The notes: a model not told the origin generated them from the letters alone. Shown: positions 12,365 through 25,862, numbered from the stretch's first letter. The stretch: 64,000 bases of DNA from Okamejei kenojei (GCA_035221665.1 CM069160.1:30442001-30506000), one strand, 5' to 3'. A program made the numbers and translations.

Positions 12365-13480
12365 ACAGTGATCGCTGGAATTTAGAAGATTGAGGGGGGA
12401 TCTTATAGAGACTTACAAAATTCTTAAGGGGTTGGACAGGCTAGATGCAGGAAGATTGTTCCCGATGTTGGGGAACTCCAGAACAAGGGGTCACAGTTTA
12501 AGGATAAGGGGGAAGTCTTTTAGGGCAGAGATGAGAAAATAATTTTTCACACAGCGAGTGGTGAGTCTGTGGAATTCTCTGCCACAGAAGGTAGTTGAGG
12601 CCAGTTCATTGACTATATTTAAGAGGGAGTTAGATGTGGCCCTTGTGGCTAAGGGGATCAGGGGGGTATGGAGAGAAGGCAGGTACAGGATACTGAGTTG
12701 GATGATCAGCCATGATCATATTGAATGGCGGTGCAGGCTCGAATGGCCTACTCCTGCACCTATTTTCTATGATTCTATGAATGGTGGTGCTGGCTCGAAG
12801 TGTCGAATGGCCGACTCCTGCACCTATTGTCTAGTGATCCCGCCATCTTTAAAAGCTCTATCTAAATTTCTCTTGAAAGCATTCAGAGAATTGGCCCCCA
12901 ATGCTTCTGAGGCAGAGAATTCCACAGATTCACAATTCTCTGGGTGAAAAAGTTTTTCCTCATCACAGTCCTAAATGGCTTGCCTACCCCTTGTTCTGAA
13001 ACTGTGACCCCTGGTTCTGGACTCCCCCAACATCTAGCCCGTCCAATCCTTGAAGAACTGTATATGCTTCTATAAGATTCCCCCTCATCCTTCTAAATTC
13101 CAGTGAATACAAGCCCAGTCGACCTTTATTTCATCATATGTCAGTCCCGCCATTCCGGGAATTAACCAGGTGAACCTATTAATTCCTATACTCAACTCCC
13201 TCAATAGCAATAATGCCTTCCTCAAATTAGGAGACCTAATTTGCACACAATACTCCAGGTGCGGTCTCACTAGGGCCATGTACAACTGCAGAAGGACCTC
13301 TTTGCTCCTATACTCAACTCCTCTTGTTATGAAGACCAACATGCCATTCGGTTTCTTCACTGCCTACTGTACCTGCACGTCCAATCGTTTAAGACTGTTA
13401 TATGTTTCTATAAGATCCCCTCTCGTCCTTCTAAATTCCAGTGAATACAAGCCCAGTCAACCCATTCTTTCATGGAAGTC
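12365..13480. mobile_element. Cluster of CR1 3' fragments in both orientations
   Basis: CR1 RT C-terminal motifs on + (about 12375-12780) and - (about 12840-13480). Confidence 0.85.
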
Positions 13481-13904
13481 CTTTGAACTTTCTTTACTGA
13501 GACTTTATTGGACTTAATAATCTACTCTTTATCATTTTCTTTGCCCAGTGGACAGCTTGATTGTTTTCATGTAGTCTTTTACTTGCTTTATAGCATAAGT
13601 GCTTTTCACTGTACCTCAGCACATGTGACAATGATAAACTAATCTAGGTGACATTACGGGTCGGGACACATCTTCAGACTGAATGAATGAATGAATGGAT
13701 AAGTTTATTGGCCAACCATATTCACATACAAGGAATTTGCCTTGGTGCTCCGCCCAAAAGTGACAACATGACAAGACAGTGACAGTAAGGAATGACACAA
13801 AACATTAAGCATTAATAATAAAACATTATCGATTAAACATGTGAATTAAATAAAATATTAGAGCAAAAGGAGGCTACAGATTTTTGGTTATTGAGTAGAG
13901 ATAC

Positions 13905-14400
13905 TACTGTTTTTATGTCTGGCTGTGGCAGCTTTGACAGTCCGGAGTCGCCTTCCAGAGGGAAGTGATTCAAAGAGTTTGTGGCCAGGGTGAGAGGGGT
14001 CAGAGATGATCTTACCCGCTCGCTTCCTGGCCCTTGCAGTGTACAGTTCGTCAATGGAGGGAAGGCTGCAGCCAATAACCTTCTCAGCTGGTCGGACGAT
14101 TCGCTGCAGCCTCCGGATGTCGTGCTGGGTGGCTGAGCCAAACCAGACCATGATGGAGAAGTTGAGGACAGACTCTACGATGGCCGTGTAGAAGTGGACC
14201 ATCATTGCCTGTGGCAGATTGTGCTTCCTCAGCTGCCACAGGAAGTACATCCTCTGCGGTGCCTTTTTCACTGTGGAGTCGATGGTGTCCCTCCCGCGCC
14301 CGCCCCCCCCCCCCCCCCCCCCCCCCCCATTTAAGACCCTCGGAGATGATGGTTCCCAGGAACTTAAAAGACTCCACAGATGTGACTGTGATGTTGATGG
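13905..14400 (-). mobile_element. Rex1/Babar-type LINE 3' fragment
   Basis: ESFKFLGTII, KKAxQRMYFL.QLRK, FYTAIVESVL..VWFG, DPSHPGH.LF..LPSGRR. Confidence 0.82.
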
Positions 14401-15071
14401 TGTTTAAGAAGGAACTGCAGATGCTGGAAAATCGAAGGTAGAAAAAAAATGCTGGAGAAGCTCAGCAGGTGAGGCAGCATCTATGGAGCAAAGGAATAGG
14501 CGACATTTCAGGTCGAGATGCCTGAAGAAGGGACTCGACCCGAAACGTCACCTGTTCCTTCGCTCCGTTGATGCTGCCTCACCCGCTGAGTTTCTCCAGC
14601 AATTATGTCTGCCTAAGATTCCTTCGCTGACGCTTTTTAACGCCCAGTCCACCTTAGCCCTTGTGATCAGCCGGTTGGCAAACATTTCAACTCCCCTTCC
14701 CATTCCCGTACTGACCTTTCTGTCCCGGGTCTCCTCCACTGTCAGAGTGAGGCCACATGCAAATTGGAGGAACAATATCTCATATTTCGCTTGGGCACCT
14801 TACAACCCAGGTTGATTTTGAACATTGATTCTTCAAATTCAGGTAACCCTTGAATTCCCCCTCCCCCCCCCCCCCACTATTCCTTCGCTCCGTAGATGCT
14901 GCCTCACCCGTGGCGTTTCTCCAGCATTTTTCTCCACCACAGATATGAATGTGGTTTTATTGATGGTGAATGGGGTGAGGGAATGGGGGGGGGTTGCCCC
15001 AAAGTCTACTATCAATTCGTCAGACAATGACCAATGTAATATGTTTGTCTATTAATAACGTGTGCACTAAC

Positions 15072-15422
15072 CTCCAACTTTCAAGTCAATTGGAGTTTCT
15101 TCAAAGACAACCCCATTGTCAACTGAGCAAATATAGTTCCCCTCATCGGTAACTTTGATGTCCTTTATCCTGAGGGATGCGTTTCCTTCCACCATTTGGT
15201 CCTTGAACAGCTCGGTCCGTCCTCTGTAATCATCGTCTTGCGTATTGGTCACGTCCTTGCCGTTTCTGAACATGTGAACCGCAAAGTCGAGGTCTGACTT
15301 TAGCCACCGGACGGTCATCTTGTCAATCGGTTCCTTGGGCTCGAGGTGACATTCCAGTGTCACTGTTTCGCCCACGACTCCTACAACGGGCCGGTCTGGG
15401 CCAACGATTGTGAACTTGACTG
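15072..15422 (-). CDS. Gene 1 IgV exon (VKFTIVGPDRPVVGVVGETVTLEC..YRGRTELFKD..GNASLRI..DEGNYIC)
   Basis: Phase 1-1, with a tandem CAGCAG acceptor (start 15422 or 15419). Typical butyrophilin V-set motifs. Confidence 0.94.
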
Positions 15423-15469
15423 CTGCGCACGGTTTTAAAAAAAGCGAAATGTCAGGAAATGTTCACGTC

Positions 15470-15800
15470 ACAGGAGCAGAATTAGGCCATTCGGCCCATC
15501 GAGTCTACCCCGCCATACATCATAGACAATAGATGTAGAATTAGGCCATTCAGCCCATCGAGTCTACCCCACCATACATCATAGACAATAGATAATAGAT
15601 GTAGAATTAGGCCATTCAGCCCATCGAGTCTACCCTGCCATACATCATAGACAATAGATAATAGGTGCAGAATTAAGCCATTCGGCCCATCGAGTCTACC
15701 CCGCCATACATTATAGACAATAGATAATGGGTGCAGAATTAGGCCATTCAGCCCATCGGGTCTACCCCGCCATACATCAATAGACAATAGGTGCAGGAGT
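15470..15800. repeat. Minisatellite, about 5 copies of a 54-61 bp unit built from CR1 3'-tail sequence
   Basis: Repeated GAATTAGGCCATTC.GCCCATCGAGTCTACCCCGCCATACATCATAGACAATAG. Confidence 0.85.
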
Positions 15801-17354
15801 AGGCCATTCGGCCCTTCGAGCCAGCACCGCCATTCAATGTGATCATGGCTGATCATCCACAATCAGTACCCCGTTAGTGCCTTCTCCCCATATCCCCTGT
15901 CTTCAATAGCCCTATCTAGCTTTCTCTTGAAAGTATCCAGAAAACCGGCCTCCACCGCCCTCTGAGGCAGAGAATTCCACAGACTCACCACTCTCTGTGT
16001 GAAAAAGTGTTTCCTCGTCTTCGTTCTAAATGGCTTACCCCTTATTCTGAAACTGCGACCCGTGATTAAGGGTCTGGACACGCTAGAGTTAGGATACATA
16101 TTCCCAATGTTGAGGGAGTCCAGAACCAGGGGCCACAGTTTAAGGCTCCAATGGCCAAATGGCCTACTCCTACACCTATTGATTTCTGGGATGCCAGGAC
16201 TTTCAGGAAAGACTGGATAGACTCGGCTTGAATTTAGAAGACTGAGGGGGGATCTTATTGAAACGTACAAAATTCTTAAGGGGTTGGATAGGCGAGATGC
16301 AGGAAGAATGTTCCCGATGTTGGGGAGGTCCAGAACAAGGGGTCACAGTCTAAGGATAAGGGGGAATTCCTTTAGGACCTAGATGAGGAAAACATTTCTC
16401 ACACAGAGAGTGGTGAGTCTCTGGAATTCTCTGCCACAGAAGGTAGTTGAGGCCAATTCATTAGCTATATTTAAGAGGGAGTTAGATGTGGCCCTTGTGG
16501 CTAAAGGGATCAGGGGGTATGGAGAGAAGGCAGGTACAGGATACTGAGTTGGATGATCAGCCATGATCATATTTAATGGCGGTGCAGGCTCGAAGGGCCG
16601 AATCTCCTGCTCCTGCACCTAATTTCTATGTTTCTATATTTCTATTGTCTATTAACAACAAACAGAGACAGCAGCAGAAGCAGAAGCCCTAATGCAACCG
16701 CAGTCACCGCAGCTTGGTGCCAACCCAGAGCATGCACCCTTCTTAGGTCGGCTCCTACGGATGTCCAACCGGATGACATCACCCTGAAGAAGCAGAATGC
16801 AGAAGGCCTCACCACTTCTTCTGCCTCAAACGCAAGAAGAAGAACAGTTTCACACCCTCTGACTAATTAAATTCCCCTTCATCTCCTTTCTAAGTTTATG
16901 TTCGTTTTTAGTTGAGATATTCTGCAAGGAACTACGGTGAATAATTAAATAATTTTGACGCATTAGTTTAGTTCAGTTTAGTTTAGAGATACATCATGGA
17001 AACAGGCCCTATGCCCCAGCGAGTCTGCTCTGACCAGCGAATACCCCATACACTAGTTCTATGCTACACGGTGGGGACAATTTACAGAAGCCACTTAACC
17101 TACAAACCCGCGCGTCGCACGTCCTTGGAAAGTGGAAGGAAACCAGAGCACCCGGATGAAGACCCACGCAATTGCAGGGAGAATGTGCAAACTCCGTACA
17201 GACAGCAGCCATTTTGTTAAAGTATTGCTTGAAATCTGAGACCTGCTCAACTATTCAAATATTCCTTCAACACAACAGATTTCAGATTCTGAATCTTTGC
17301 TGAACCTGAAAAACTTGTTCAGATGTTGTTTTTCCCTGTACCGTTGCTAACGTA

Positions 17355-17682
17355 TGGCCTGTCCCACTGTACGAGTTAATTCAAGTGCTCTCCCGAGTTT
17401 CAAAAAAAAATCAAACTCGCGGTAAGCACGGAGAATGACCATAGCGGGTACGTCGGAGCTCGGGGACGTCTCTTTGCGGCTCGTAACGCTAACGGCAGGT
17501 ACTTGGGAAGATTCGCTAACGGCAGGTAAGCTCGGGAAGACTCGTGAAGATTTTTCTCGTGAAGAAAAATGTCCACGAGAGCCCCGAGTACTTACGAGCG
17601 GCCATTACCGTAAATTTCCGAGTTTGAATCAGGGCAAACTCGGGGAGAACTCTTGAATGAACTCGTACAGTGGGACAGGGCT
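17355..17682. mobile_element. MITE with long terminal inverted repeats, Harbinger-like (copies at about 24910-25228 and 61063-61391; relatives at about 22595-22763 and 23628-23868)
   Basis: CCTGTCCCACTGTACGAGTT..AACTCGTACAGTGGGACAGG, with TWA-like flanks. Confidence 0.75.
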
Positions 17683-17792
17683 TTTACATTCTAAGTGCTC
17701 TTCCGTTGATAGCTCACTGCTCAAGTATAAGTTCACATTCTCAAACATTATTTATTTATTAATTAAAAAATATAAATGCCAGTGTTGCTTAC

Positions 17793-17850
17793 CATTTGCT
17801 GGAAACAGAATTCCAGGAAGTAAAAGCAGAGGGAGATAATATTCTTTCAT
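17793..17850 (-). CDS. Butyrophilin-like gene 1, signal peptide exon (MKEYYLPLLLLPGILFPAN)
   Basis: 58 coding nt, phase-1 donor G|GTAAGC, and acceptor tacacAG 11 nt upstream of the ATG. Confidence 0.85.
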
Positions 17851-18014
17851 GTCTGTCAGACCTGTGTAGAATAGCCACGAACGAAACAAGGAAAAAAAAT
17901 ACATGGTTCTGAATATTTATCCCACGTCATAGCCCAGACCATCACGCAAACCAACCTCCCTCCCGTCGACTCCATCTGCACTTCACACTGCCTCAGCAAG
18001 GCACATCTGCCATA

Positions 18015-18690
18015 TTGCCAGATATGAGTTACTGTGTGGAGATATGGGGTAACTCTTACAAAACCAACCTACAGCCATTATGCACATTACAAAAAAGAGC
18101 CATAAGAATCATCAATAACGTTGGATATATGGACCATTCCAATTTATTATTGTTAAAGTCACATACCCTGAAGTTCACCGATATGGTTAAATTTAAGACT
18201 GCACAAATCATGTGCAAAGCAAGAAATCATTTACTTCCGGGAAATATACAAAAACTGTTTATGGAAAGACAGGGCAGGTATAATTTGAGAGGGGAACTTA
18301 ATTTTAAAAAACTCAATGTCAGAACAACTCTTAAAAGTATGTGCATAGCAATCTGTGGGGTGAATTTGTGGAATGGTCTGGAACAGGAGATAAAACTTAG
18401 CACAAACATAATTCAGTTAAAAAAGATGTGCAAAAACACTTTTTTAAAAGGATATTGGGATGAGGATACGTGATTGTAAGTGGCATATTTGTTATGCTGA
18501 TTGTATTGGGAAGGGTGATTATAGGGTGATGGGTATGACTAAGAGATACTGTATAGTACATGAGGGGTTTTTTTTCAATTTTTTTTCTATCTTTTTTTGA
18601 ATAATGGGTGGGAATTAATAAGCTTTGGCTTATTCCTGCTCCTTTTTGGACACATTCAATTCATTTATTTATAAATATTGTTTATGACAC
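18015..18690 (+). mobile_element. L2/Crack-type LINE 3' fragment inserted in a Rex-like fragment
   Basis: YCVEIWGN..LQKRAIRII..YNLRG..GVNLWN. Confidence 0.7.
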
Positions 18691-19576
18691 TTTAAAGAAA
18701 AGGCCAGCAGCATAATCAAGGACCAGTCTCACCCCCAGTCACTCCCTCTTCTCCCCTCTCCCATTAGGCAAGAAGCGTGAAGACGCACACCTCCAGTTTC
18801 AGGGACAGTTTCCTCCCAGCTGTTATCAGGCAACTGAACCATCCTCTCACCAACTAGAGAGCAGTCCCCAACACCCATCTACATCCCTGGAGAAACTCAG
18901 CGGGTGAGGCAGCATCTATGGAGCGAAGGAATAGGTGACGTTTCGGGGCTAGACTCTTCTTCAGATAAAGGTCACCTATTCCTTCCCTCCATACATGCTG
19001 CCTCACCTGCTGAGTTTCTCCAGCATTTTTTGACTAGCTTTGATTTTTTCAGCATCTGCAGTTCTTTCTTAAACATCTACATCCCTGAATCGTCACAGAA
19101 AGTAGCATTTCAGGTACGGCAGGCAGTGAAGAAAGCAAATGGCACGTTGGCCTTCATAACAAGAGGAGTTGAGAATAGGAGCAAAGAGGTCCTTCTGCAG
19201 GTGTACAGGGCCCTAGTGAGACCACACCTGGAGTATTGTGTGCAGTTTTGGTCTCCAAATTTGAGGAAGGACATTCTTGCTATTGAGGGAGTGCAGGGTA
19301 GGTTCAACAAGGTTAATTCCCGGGATGGCGGGTCTATCATTATGTTGAGAGAATGGAGTGGTGGGCTTGTATACTCTGGAGTTTAGAAGGATGAGAGGGA
19401 CTCTTATTGAAACATATAAGATTATTAAGGGATTGGACACACTAGGGGCAGGAAACATGCTCCCGATGTTGGGGGAGTCCAGAACCAGGGGCCACAGTTT
19501 AGGAACAAGGGGTAAGCCATTAAGAACGGAGATGAGGAAATACCTTTTCACGCAGAGAGTTGTGAGTCTGTGGAAT

Positions 19577-20543
19577 TACATCAATGATCTGGATGATGGG
19601 GTGGAAAATTGGATAAGTAAGTATGCAGATGATACTAAGATAGGTGGTGTTGTGGATAATGAAGTAGATTTTCAAAGTCGACAGAGAGATTTGGGCCATT
19701 TGGAAAAGTGGGGCTGAAAGATGGCAGATGGAGTTTAATGCTGTTAAGTGTGAAGTGTACATCTTGGCAGGACAAATCAAAATAGGACATACATGGTAAA
19801 TGGTAGGGAATTGAGGAATGCTGTGGAACAGAGGGATCTAGGAATAATTGTGCATAGTTCCCTGAAGGTGGAATCGCATGTAGATAGGGTGGTTAAAGAA
19901 AGCCTTTGGTGTGCTGGCCTTTATAAATCAGAGCATTGAATATAGGAGTAGGGAAGTAATGTGTTAAAATTGTACAAGGCATTGGTAAGACCAATTCTGG
20001 AGTATGGTGTACAATTTTGGTCGCCTAATTATAGGAAGGATGTCAACAAAATAGAGAGAGTACAGAGGAGATTTACTAGAATGTTGCCTGGGTTCCAGCA
20101 ACTATGTTACAGAGAAAGGTTGAACAAGTTAGGTCTTTATTCTTTGGAGCGCAGAAGGTTAAGTGGGGACTTGATTGAGGTCTTTAAAATGATGAAAGGG
20201 ATAGACAGAGTTGATGTGGATAAGCTTCTCCATTGAGGGTAGGGAAGATTCAAACAAGAGGGCATGACATGAGAATTAAGGGACAGAAGTTTAGGGGTAA
20301 CGTGAGGGGGAACTTCTTTACTCAGAGGGTGGTGGCTGTGTGGAATGAGCTTCCAGCAGAAGTGGTGGAGGCAGGATCGATTTTAACATTTAAAAGTAAA
20401 GTGGATAGGTATATGGATGTGAAGGGAATGGAGGGGTATGGTCTGAGTGCAGGTAGTGCATGGGACTAGGGGAAAACAAATGGTCGGCATGGACTGGAAG
20501 GGCCGAGAGGGCCTGTTTCTGTGCTGTAATTGTTATATGGTTA
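19577..20543 (+). mobile_element. CR1 3' fragment nested inside another CR1 (about 19090-20750)
   Basis: YADD RT motif. The host CR1 is interrupted at GGAATT and resumes at about 20548. Confidence 0.9.
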
Positions 20544-22354
20544 GTCGGAATTCTCTGCCTCACATGGCAGTGGAGGCCGGTCCTCTCTATGCTTTCAAGG
20601 GAGAGTTAGAAAGACCTCTTAAAAATAGCGGAGTCAGGGGATATGGGGAGAAGGCAGGAACGGGGTACTGATTGGGGATGATCAGCCATGATCACATTGA
20701 ATGGCGGTGCTGGCTTGAAGGGCTGAATGGCCTGCTCCTGCACCTATTGTCTATTGTCACCTATCCATGTTCAGAGATGCTGCCTGATCCGCTGAGATAC
20801 ACCAGCACTTTGTGTCCTTTTGTTTATTTAACCAGCATCTGCAGTTCCTTGTTTCTACAAGCAATGGGGGTAACTCAGCTGATCTGAAGAAGGGTCTTGA
20901 TCCGAAAACATCAACTGTCCATTCCCTCCACAGATGCTACCTGACCTATTTTATAGGTGTATAAAATCATGAGAGGAATTGATCGGGTAAATGCACAGAG
21001 TCTCTTGCCCAGGCTAGGTAAATCGAAGACCTGAGGACATAGGTTTAAGGTGAACATAGAAACATAGAAGGTAGACAAAAATGCTGGAGAAACTCAGCGG
21101 GTGAGGCAGCATCTATGGAGCGAAGGAAATAGGCAACGTTTTGGGTCGAGACCCTTCTTTCGACCAGAAACGTTGCCTATTTCCTTCGCTCCATAGATGC
21201 TGCCTCACCCGCTGATCATCCACAATCAGTAACCCGTGCCTGCCTTCTCCCCATATCCCTTGATTCCAATAGCCCCTGGAGCTATATCTAACTCCCTTTT
21301 AAATTCATCCAGTGAATCGGCCTCTACTGCCTACCGCGACAGAAAAGTTCCACAAATTCACAACTCTCTGGGAGAAAATGTTTTTTCGCATCTCAGTTTT
21401 AAATGGCCTCCCCTTTATTCTTAAGAAAGAACTGCAGATGCTGGAAAATCGAAGGTAGACATAAATGCTGGAGAAACTCAGCGGGTGAGGCAGCATCTAT
21501 GGAGAGGTGACATTTCGGGTCAGTCTGAAGAATGGCCTCGACCCGAAACGTCGCCTATTTCCTTCGCTCCATAGATGCTGCCTCACCCGCTGAGTTTCTC
21601 CAGCATTTTTGTCTACTTTCCTCTTTATTCTTAGTCTGTGGCCCCTAGTTCTGGACTCCCCCAACATTGGGAACGTTTTTCTTCCTGCATCTAGCGTGTC
21701 CAGTTGAAGGGGAAAGATTTAATAGGATTCTGAGGGGTAACTTTTCCACACAAAGGGTGGTGGGTGGGTGCATGGAACAAGCTGCCAGAGGAGGTAGTTG
21801 AGGCTGGGACTATTGCATCGTTTAAGAAACAGTTGGACAGGTACATGGATAGGGCAGGTTTGGAGGGACATGGGCCAAACCTGTCCAAGGCAGGTCACCA
21901 GGTGGGACTAGTGTAGCTGGGACAAGTTGGCCGGTGTGGGCAAGTTAGACCGAGGAGTCTGTTTCCACGCGGTGTCACTCTACGACCCTCCGAGTTGCCC
22001 TTCGGCACTTTTCCTGGTTACTAGCGCCTGCAGTTCCTAGTGCCGCTCCCAGGTCCACCACTGCTCCGCCCAGAATTTCAGAACATGCACCAGGAAGTTT
22101 TACCCCCTTATGTCAAATCGACGGCCTCGCAGCGAAAATCTGCTTGTCGGAGATTGGAAACGGGTGGGTGCCTGGGAATAAATAAAGAAATACGTCCCAC
22201 CACTTCTCCCGATCAGTCAGTCAGTCACCGACTGCCGCCTTAACTCCCTGAACCGCACCAACCCGGACTTCGGACCCGAACGGCGCCCCGGGGGTTTCCC
22301 TTTTAACGACTCTCGCTGGCAAACCGAGGAGCGCTTTCAGCCCCTGAAACTCAC

Positions 22355-22520
22355 CTCACTCCCCCGATCAATGCCCTGGCGCGGCCGCTAAACCCACCCC
22401 CCCCGGGCCCGAGACCCGGTTGACTCAGGGATCCCCCGCCCAAAAAAAAGCCGTTTCACCAAAAAGTTAAGTATAAATGGGTGGGACGGGCAAAGGGAAA
22501 CTAATCATGGGATTGGCAAG
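22355..22520 (-). promoter_or_regulatory. Putative non-coding first exon/promoter of gene 1 in a CpG-rich island (about 22030-22500)
   Basis: Consensus donor AG|GTGAGT at 22355/22354, ISRE-like CAAAGGGAAACT (22491-22502) and ATTGG (22512). The signal-peptide exon has an acceptor that needs an upstream exon. Confidence 0.45.
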
Positions 22521-22997
22521 CAATGATCATATGATCTTTGTCGGCAAGAGAACAGGGCTATTAGATTGCAACGGTCAGCACCAAGTGCTTGAATGGGCCT
22601 GTCCCACTTAGGCGACTGCCAGGGACTAATTTTAATGGAATTCACCCACAACCTACGACAGCAGAAATTGTCGCCACTGTCGCCGAGAAATTTTCAACAT
22701 GTTGAAAACTTTGTGGCAGGCGCCTGTTGACACAAAAAAAATCGCCTAAGTGGGACAGGCCCATAACTCAGTGGGTCAGGCAGCATCTCTGGAGACAAGG
22801 GATGGGTGAGGTTTCGGGTCGGGATACTTCTCCAGACGGGTCCCAAGTTAACGCGAAAGGTGAGTCCGAAGAAGGGTCCCGACCCGAAATGTCGCCCACC
22901 CATCCCTTTTTTCCAGAGATGCTGCCTGGCCCGCGCAGTCACTCCAGAGCTTTGTGTCTGACTTTAGTACAAAAAACAGCACCTGCAGTTCCTTGCT

Positions 22998-23350
22998 TCA
23001 GTGTGTCATGGAGGGGGTGAGCTGTATTATCTAAGATGCTCCGCAGTTTGAGGAGCATCCTCCCCTCCGAGACCACCTCCCGTGAATCCAACTCCGCCCC
23101 CAGGACGGAGCCGGCCTTACTGATGAGCTTGTTAATCCTGTTGGCATCTGCGGCGTTTGCCCTGCTGCCCCAGCACACACGACAGAGAAGAGTGGCCACC
23201 ACTGAATGGTAGAGTGTCTGCAGCATCTTACTGCAGACGTTGAAGGAGCAGAGCCTCCTGAGGAAGTATAGATGGCTCTGTCCCTTCTCGTACAGGGCCT
23301 CACCATTCTTGGACCAGTCCAGTTTACTATCCAGGTACACTCCAAGGTAC
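22998..23350 (-). mobile_element. Rex1/Babar-type LINE fragment
   Basis: YLDSKLDWSKN..KGQSxLYFLRRL.SFNVC..ILDNTAHPLH. Confidence 0.8.
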
Positions 23351-24388
23351 TTGGACTCAATAGATAATAGGTGCAGAGGAGTAGGCCATTCGGCCCTTCA
23401 AGCCAGCACCGCCATTCAATGTGATCAAGGCCGACATCCACAATCAGTACCCCGTTCCTGCCTTCTCCCCATATCCCTTGACTCCGCTATATTCAAGAGC
23501 CCTATCTAGCTCTCTCTTGAAAGTTTCCAGAGAACCGGCGTCCATTGCCCTCTGAGGCAGAGAACTCCACAGAGTCACAACTCTCTGTTTGAAAATGCGG
23601 TTCCTCATCTCCGTTCTAAATGGCATAAGGGCCTGTCCCGCGTGATGATTTTTTCGGCGACTGCCGACATCATTAACTGACGTTCACCGAAAAATAAGCG
23701 GCGTGACGCGGCGATGATGTGGCGTGATGGCGTTTTGACGCGCGGTGTTTTTTCAAGTGTAGCAACATTTTTTTTGTCGCCCGCTGGATTTTGAAATGTT
23801 CAAATCTTTTGGAGACCCTGATATGACGCCGGCTATCGCCAAAAAAAATCGGCAAGTGGAACAGACCCTTTACCTCTTCATCTTAAACTGTGGCCCCTAG
23901 TTCTGAACTCCCCGAACATTGGGAAACATGTTACCTGCTCTAGCGTGTCCAAACACTTAATAATCTTATACGTTTCAATGATATGATCAAATCTCAGCTG
24001 TAAGCTCAGATACTGAATTCTATCAAAATTATATTGACAAATTATACTGCAAATGGCAGTTGCTGCCTCACAGAACCAGAGACCCGGGTTCACTCCTGAC
24101 CTCAGGTGCTGCCTGTGTGTGTGTGGAGTTTGCACATTCTCCCTGAGAATGTGGAAGTTCATCATTATTTAAAAATACAAAATGGAGTCCGCTGAAATGA
24201 TGACAAGTTTTAACCTTCCTCTATCGAATTGCTAAGCTAGCAAAACAAGTGCTAACCCTTGCCTCCAGTACTTAACAAGGACAGCAGACTGGCGATGTTC
24301 CTCTTTCTAATAACATAAGCGAGATAACACGCATAAGTTTCTCTAATGTCTCCTTTGTAACAGAAACATAGGAGAAAATTCAGACTGA

Positions 24389-24435
24389 CTAGATTACGAT
24401 GTACGTCATTCGGAGAAAAAACCAAAATGCTTGTT
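24389..24435 (-). CDS. Candidate terminal exon of gene 2 (EQAFWFFLRMTYIVI*)
   Basis: Good acceptor (ttacatttctgcAG) in unique sequence. Read in phase 1 it gives a short hydrophobic tail and stop. There is no homology support. Confidence 0.3.
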
Positions 24436-25862
24436 CTGCAGAAATGTAACCTTCTCATATATCCATATATGAATAACCCTTCCTCTATCAGAATAACCTG
24501 TCACTCTTCTGTCAATCTTGCGATGCTGTCCATCTTAAGGATCTGTCCATCTTAAGAAGCAAGAGGCTGAACTAACCTTATAGATAACGTATTGCTGAAT
24601 CGTCAAATATTGGGATATATATCTACATGTAGTGAAATCATTGTCTGTGTGTGTGGGGGATTTCCCTATAGTCTGTTATTAGCGTAGTGTAAAGGGATTT
24701 GTACTACACCCGCCTGGCAGGTTAAAGATTACTGCTAATTACTGATTTTATTTGCCTGTCCTTTTAAGCATATTTTGGGCCACGACAAGACCACATGGGG
24801 TTTCTCAGGATGCTCCGGTTTCCTCTCACACATCCCAAAGACGTGCAGGTTTTGTACGTTGACTGGTCCTCTGTAAATTGCCCCTGGCGTGTAGGTGGAG
24901 GATGAGTAATGGCCCTGTCCCACGATGCGAGTTCATTCAAGAGCTCTCCCGAGTTAAAAAAAAAAAATCAAACTCCTGCTAGCATGGAGAATGAACGTAG
25001 CGGGTACTTCGGAGCTCGGGGACGTCTCTCAGCGCTAATGGCAGGTACTCGGGAAGGCTCGCTAACGGCGGGTAGGCTCGGGAAGACTCGTGAAGATTTT
25101 TCGACATGTTGAAAATGTCCACGAGAATCCCGAGTACCGACGAGCGGCCATTACCGTATATCTCCGAGTTCGAATCAGGGCAAACTCGGGAGAACTCTTC
25201 GAATGAACTCGTACAGTGGGACAGGGCTTCAAGTGTGATAACAGAATTAGTGTGAATGGGTTGCTGATGGTTTGGCATGGATTCAGTGGGCCGATGGGCC
25301 TGTTTCCATGCTGTGCCTCCAAATTACTTCAAAATATTCTGTATGTCAAAGACGCAAAAAAGAATGCAGATCAAAAAATATTCAGGATACCAAGCGGTAG
25401 AGTTGCTGCCTTACACGAATGCAGCGCCGGAGGCCCGGGTTCCATCCCAACTCTCGGTGAGAATAGACAATAGACAATTTTCTGATGCTGTCTGTACGGA
25501 GTTTGCACGTTCTCACCGCGACCTGCGTGGGTTTTCTCCGAGATCTTTGGTTTCCTCCCACACTCTAAAGAGGTACAGGTTTGTAGGTTAATTGGCTTGG
25601 TAATCAGTAAATGCCCATTAATCTCCTATGTGGGACCTTATCAAAGGCTTTCTCAAAGTCCAGGTACACTGGCTCTCCACTTGTCTGTTTTCCTAGTTAC
25701 ATCCTCAAAAAATTCCAGAAGATAAGTCAAGCATGAATTTCCCTACGTAAATCGAAGCTGACTCGGGCCGACACTGTTACTGCTATCCAGTTATACTCGG
25801 GAGGCAGTTGCTCTGTTGCTGCGACTCTGTGTCAACCGAAGGTGGAAAGATCTCTGACCTAC

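Noticed and set aside
15470-15800. Regularly spaced repeats resembling a CRISPR array
   Set aside because: No unique spacers, units derive from CR1 tails, and the context is eukaryotic.
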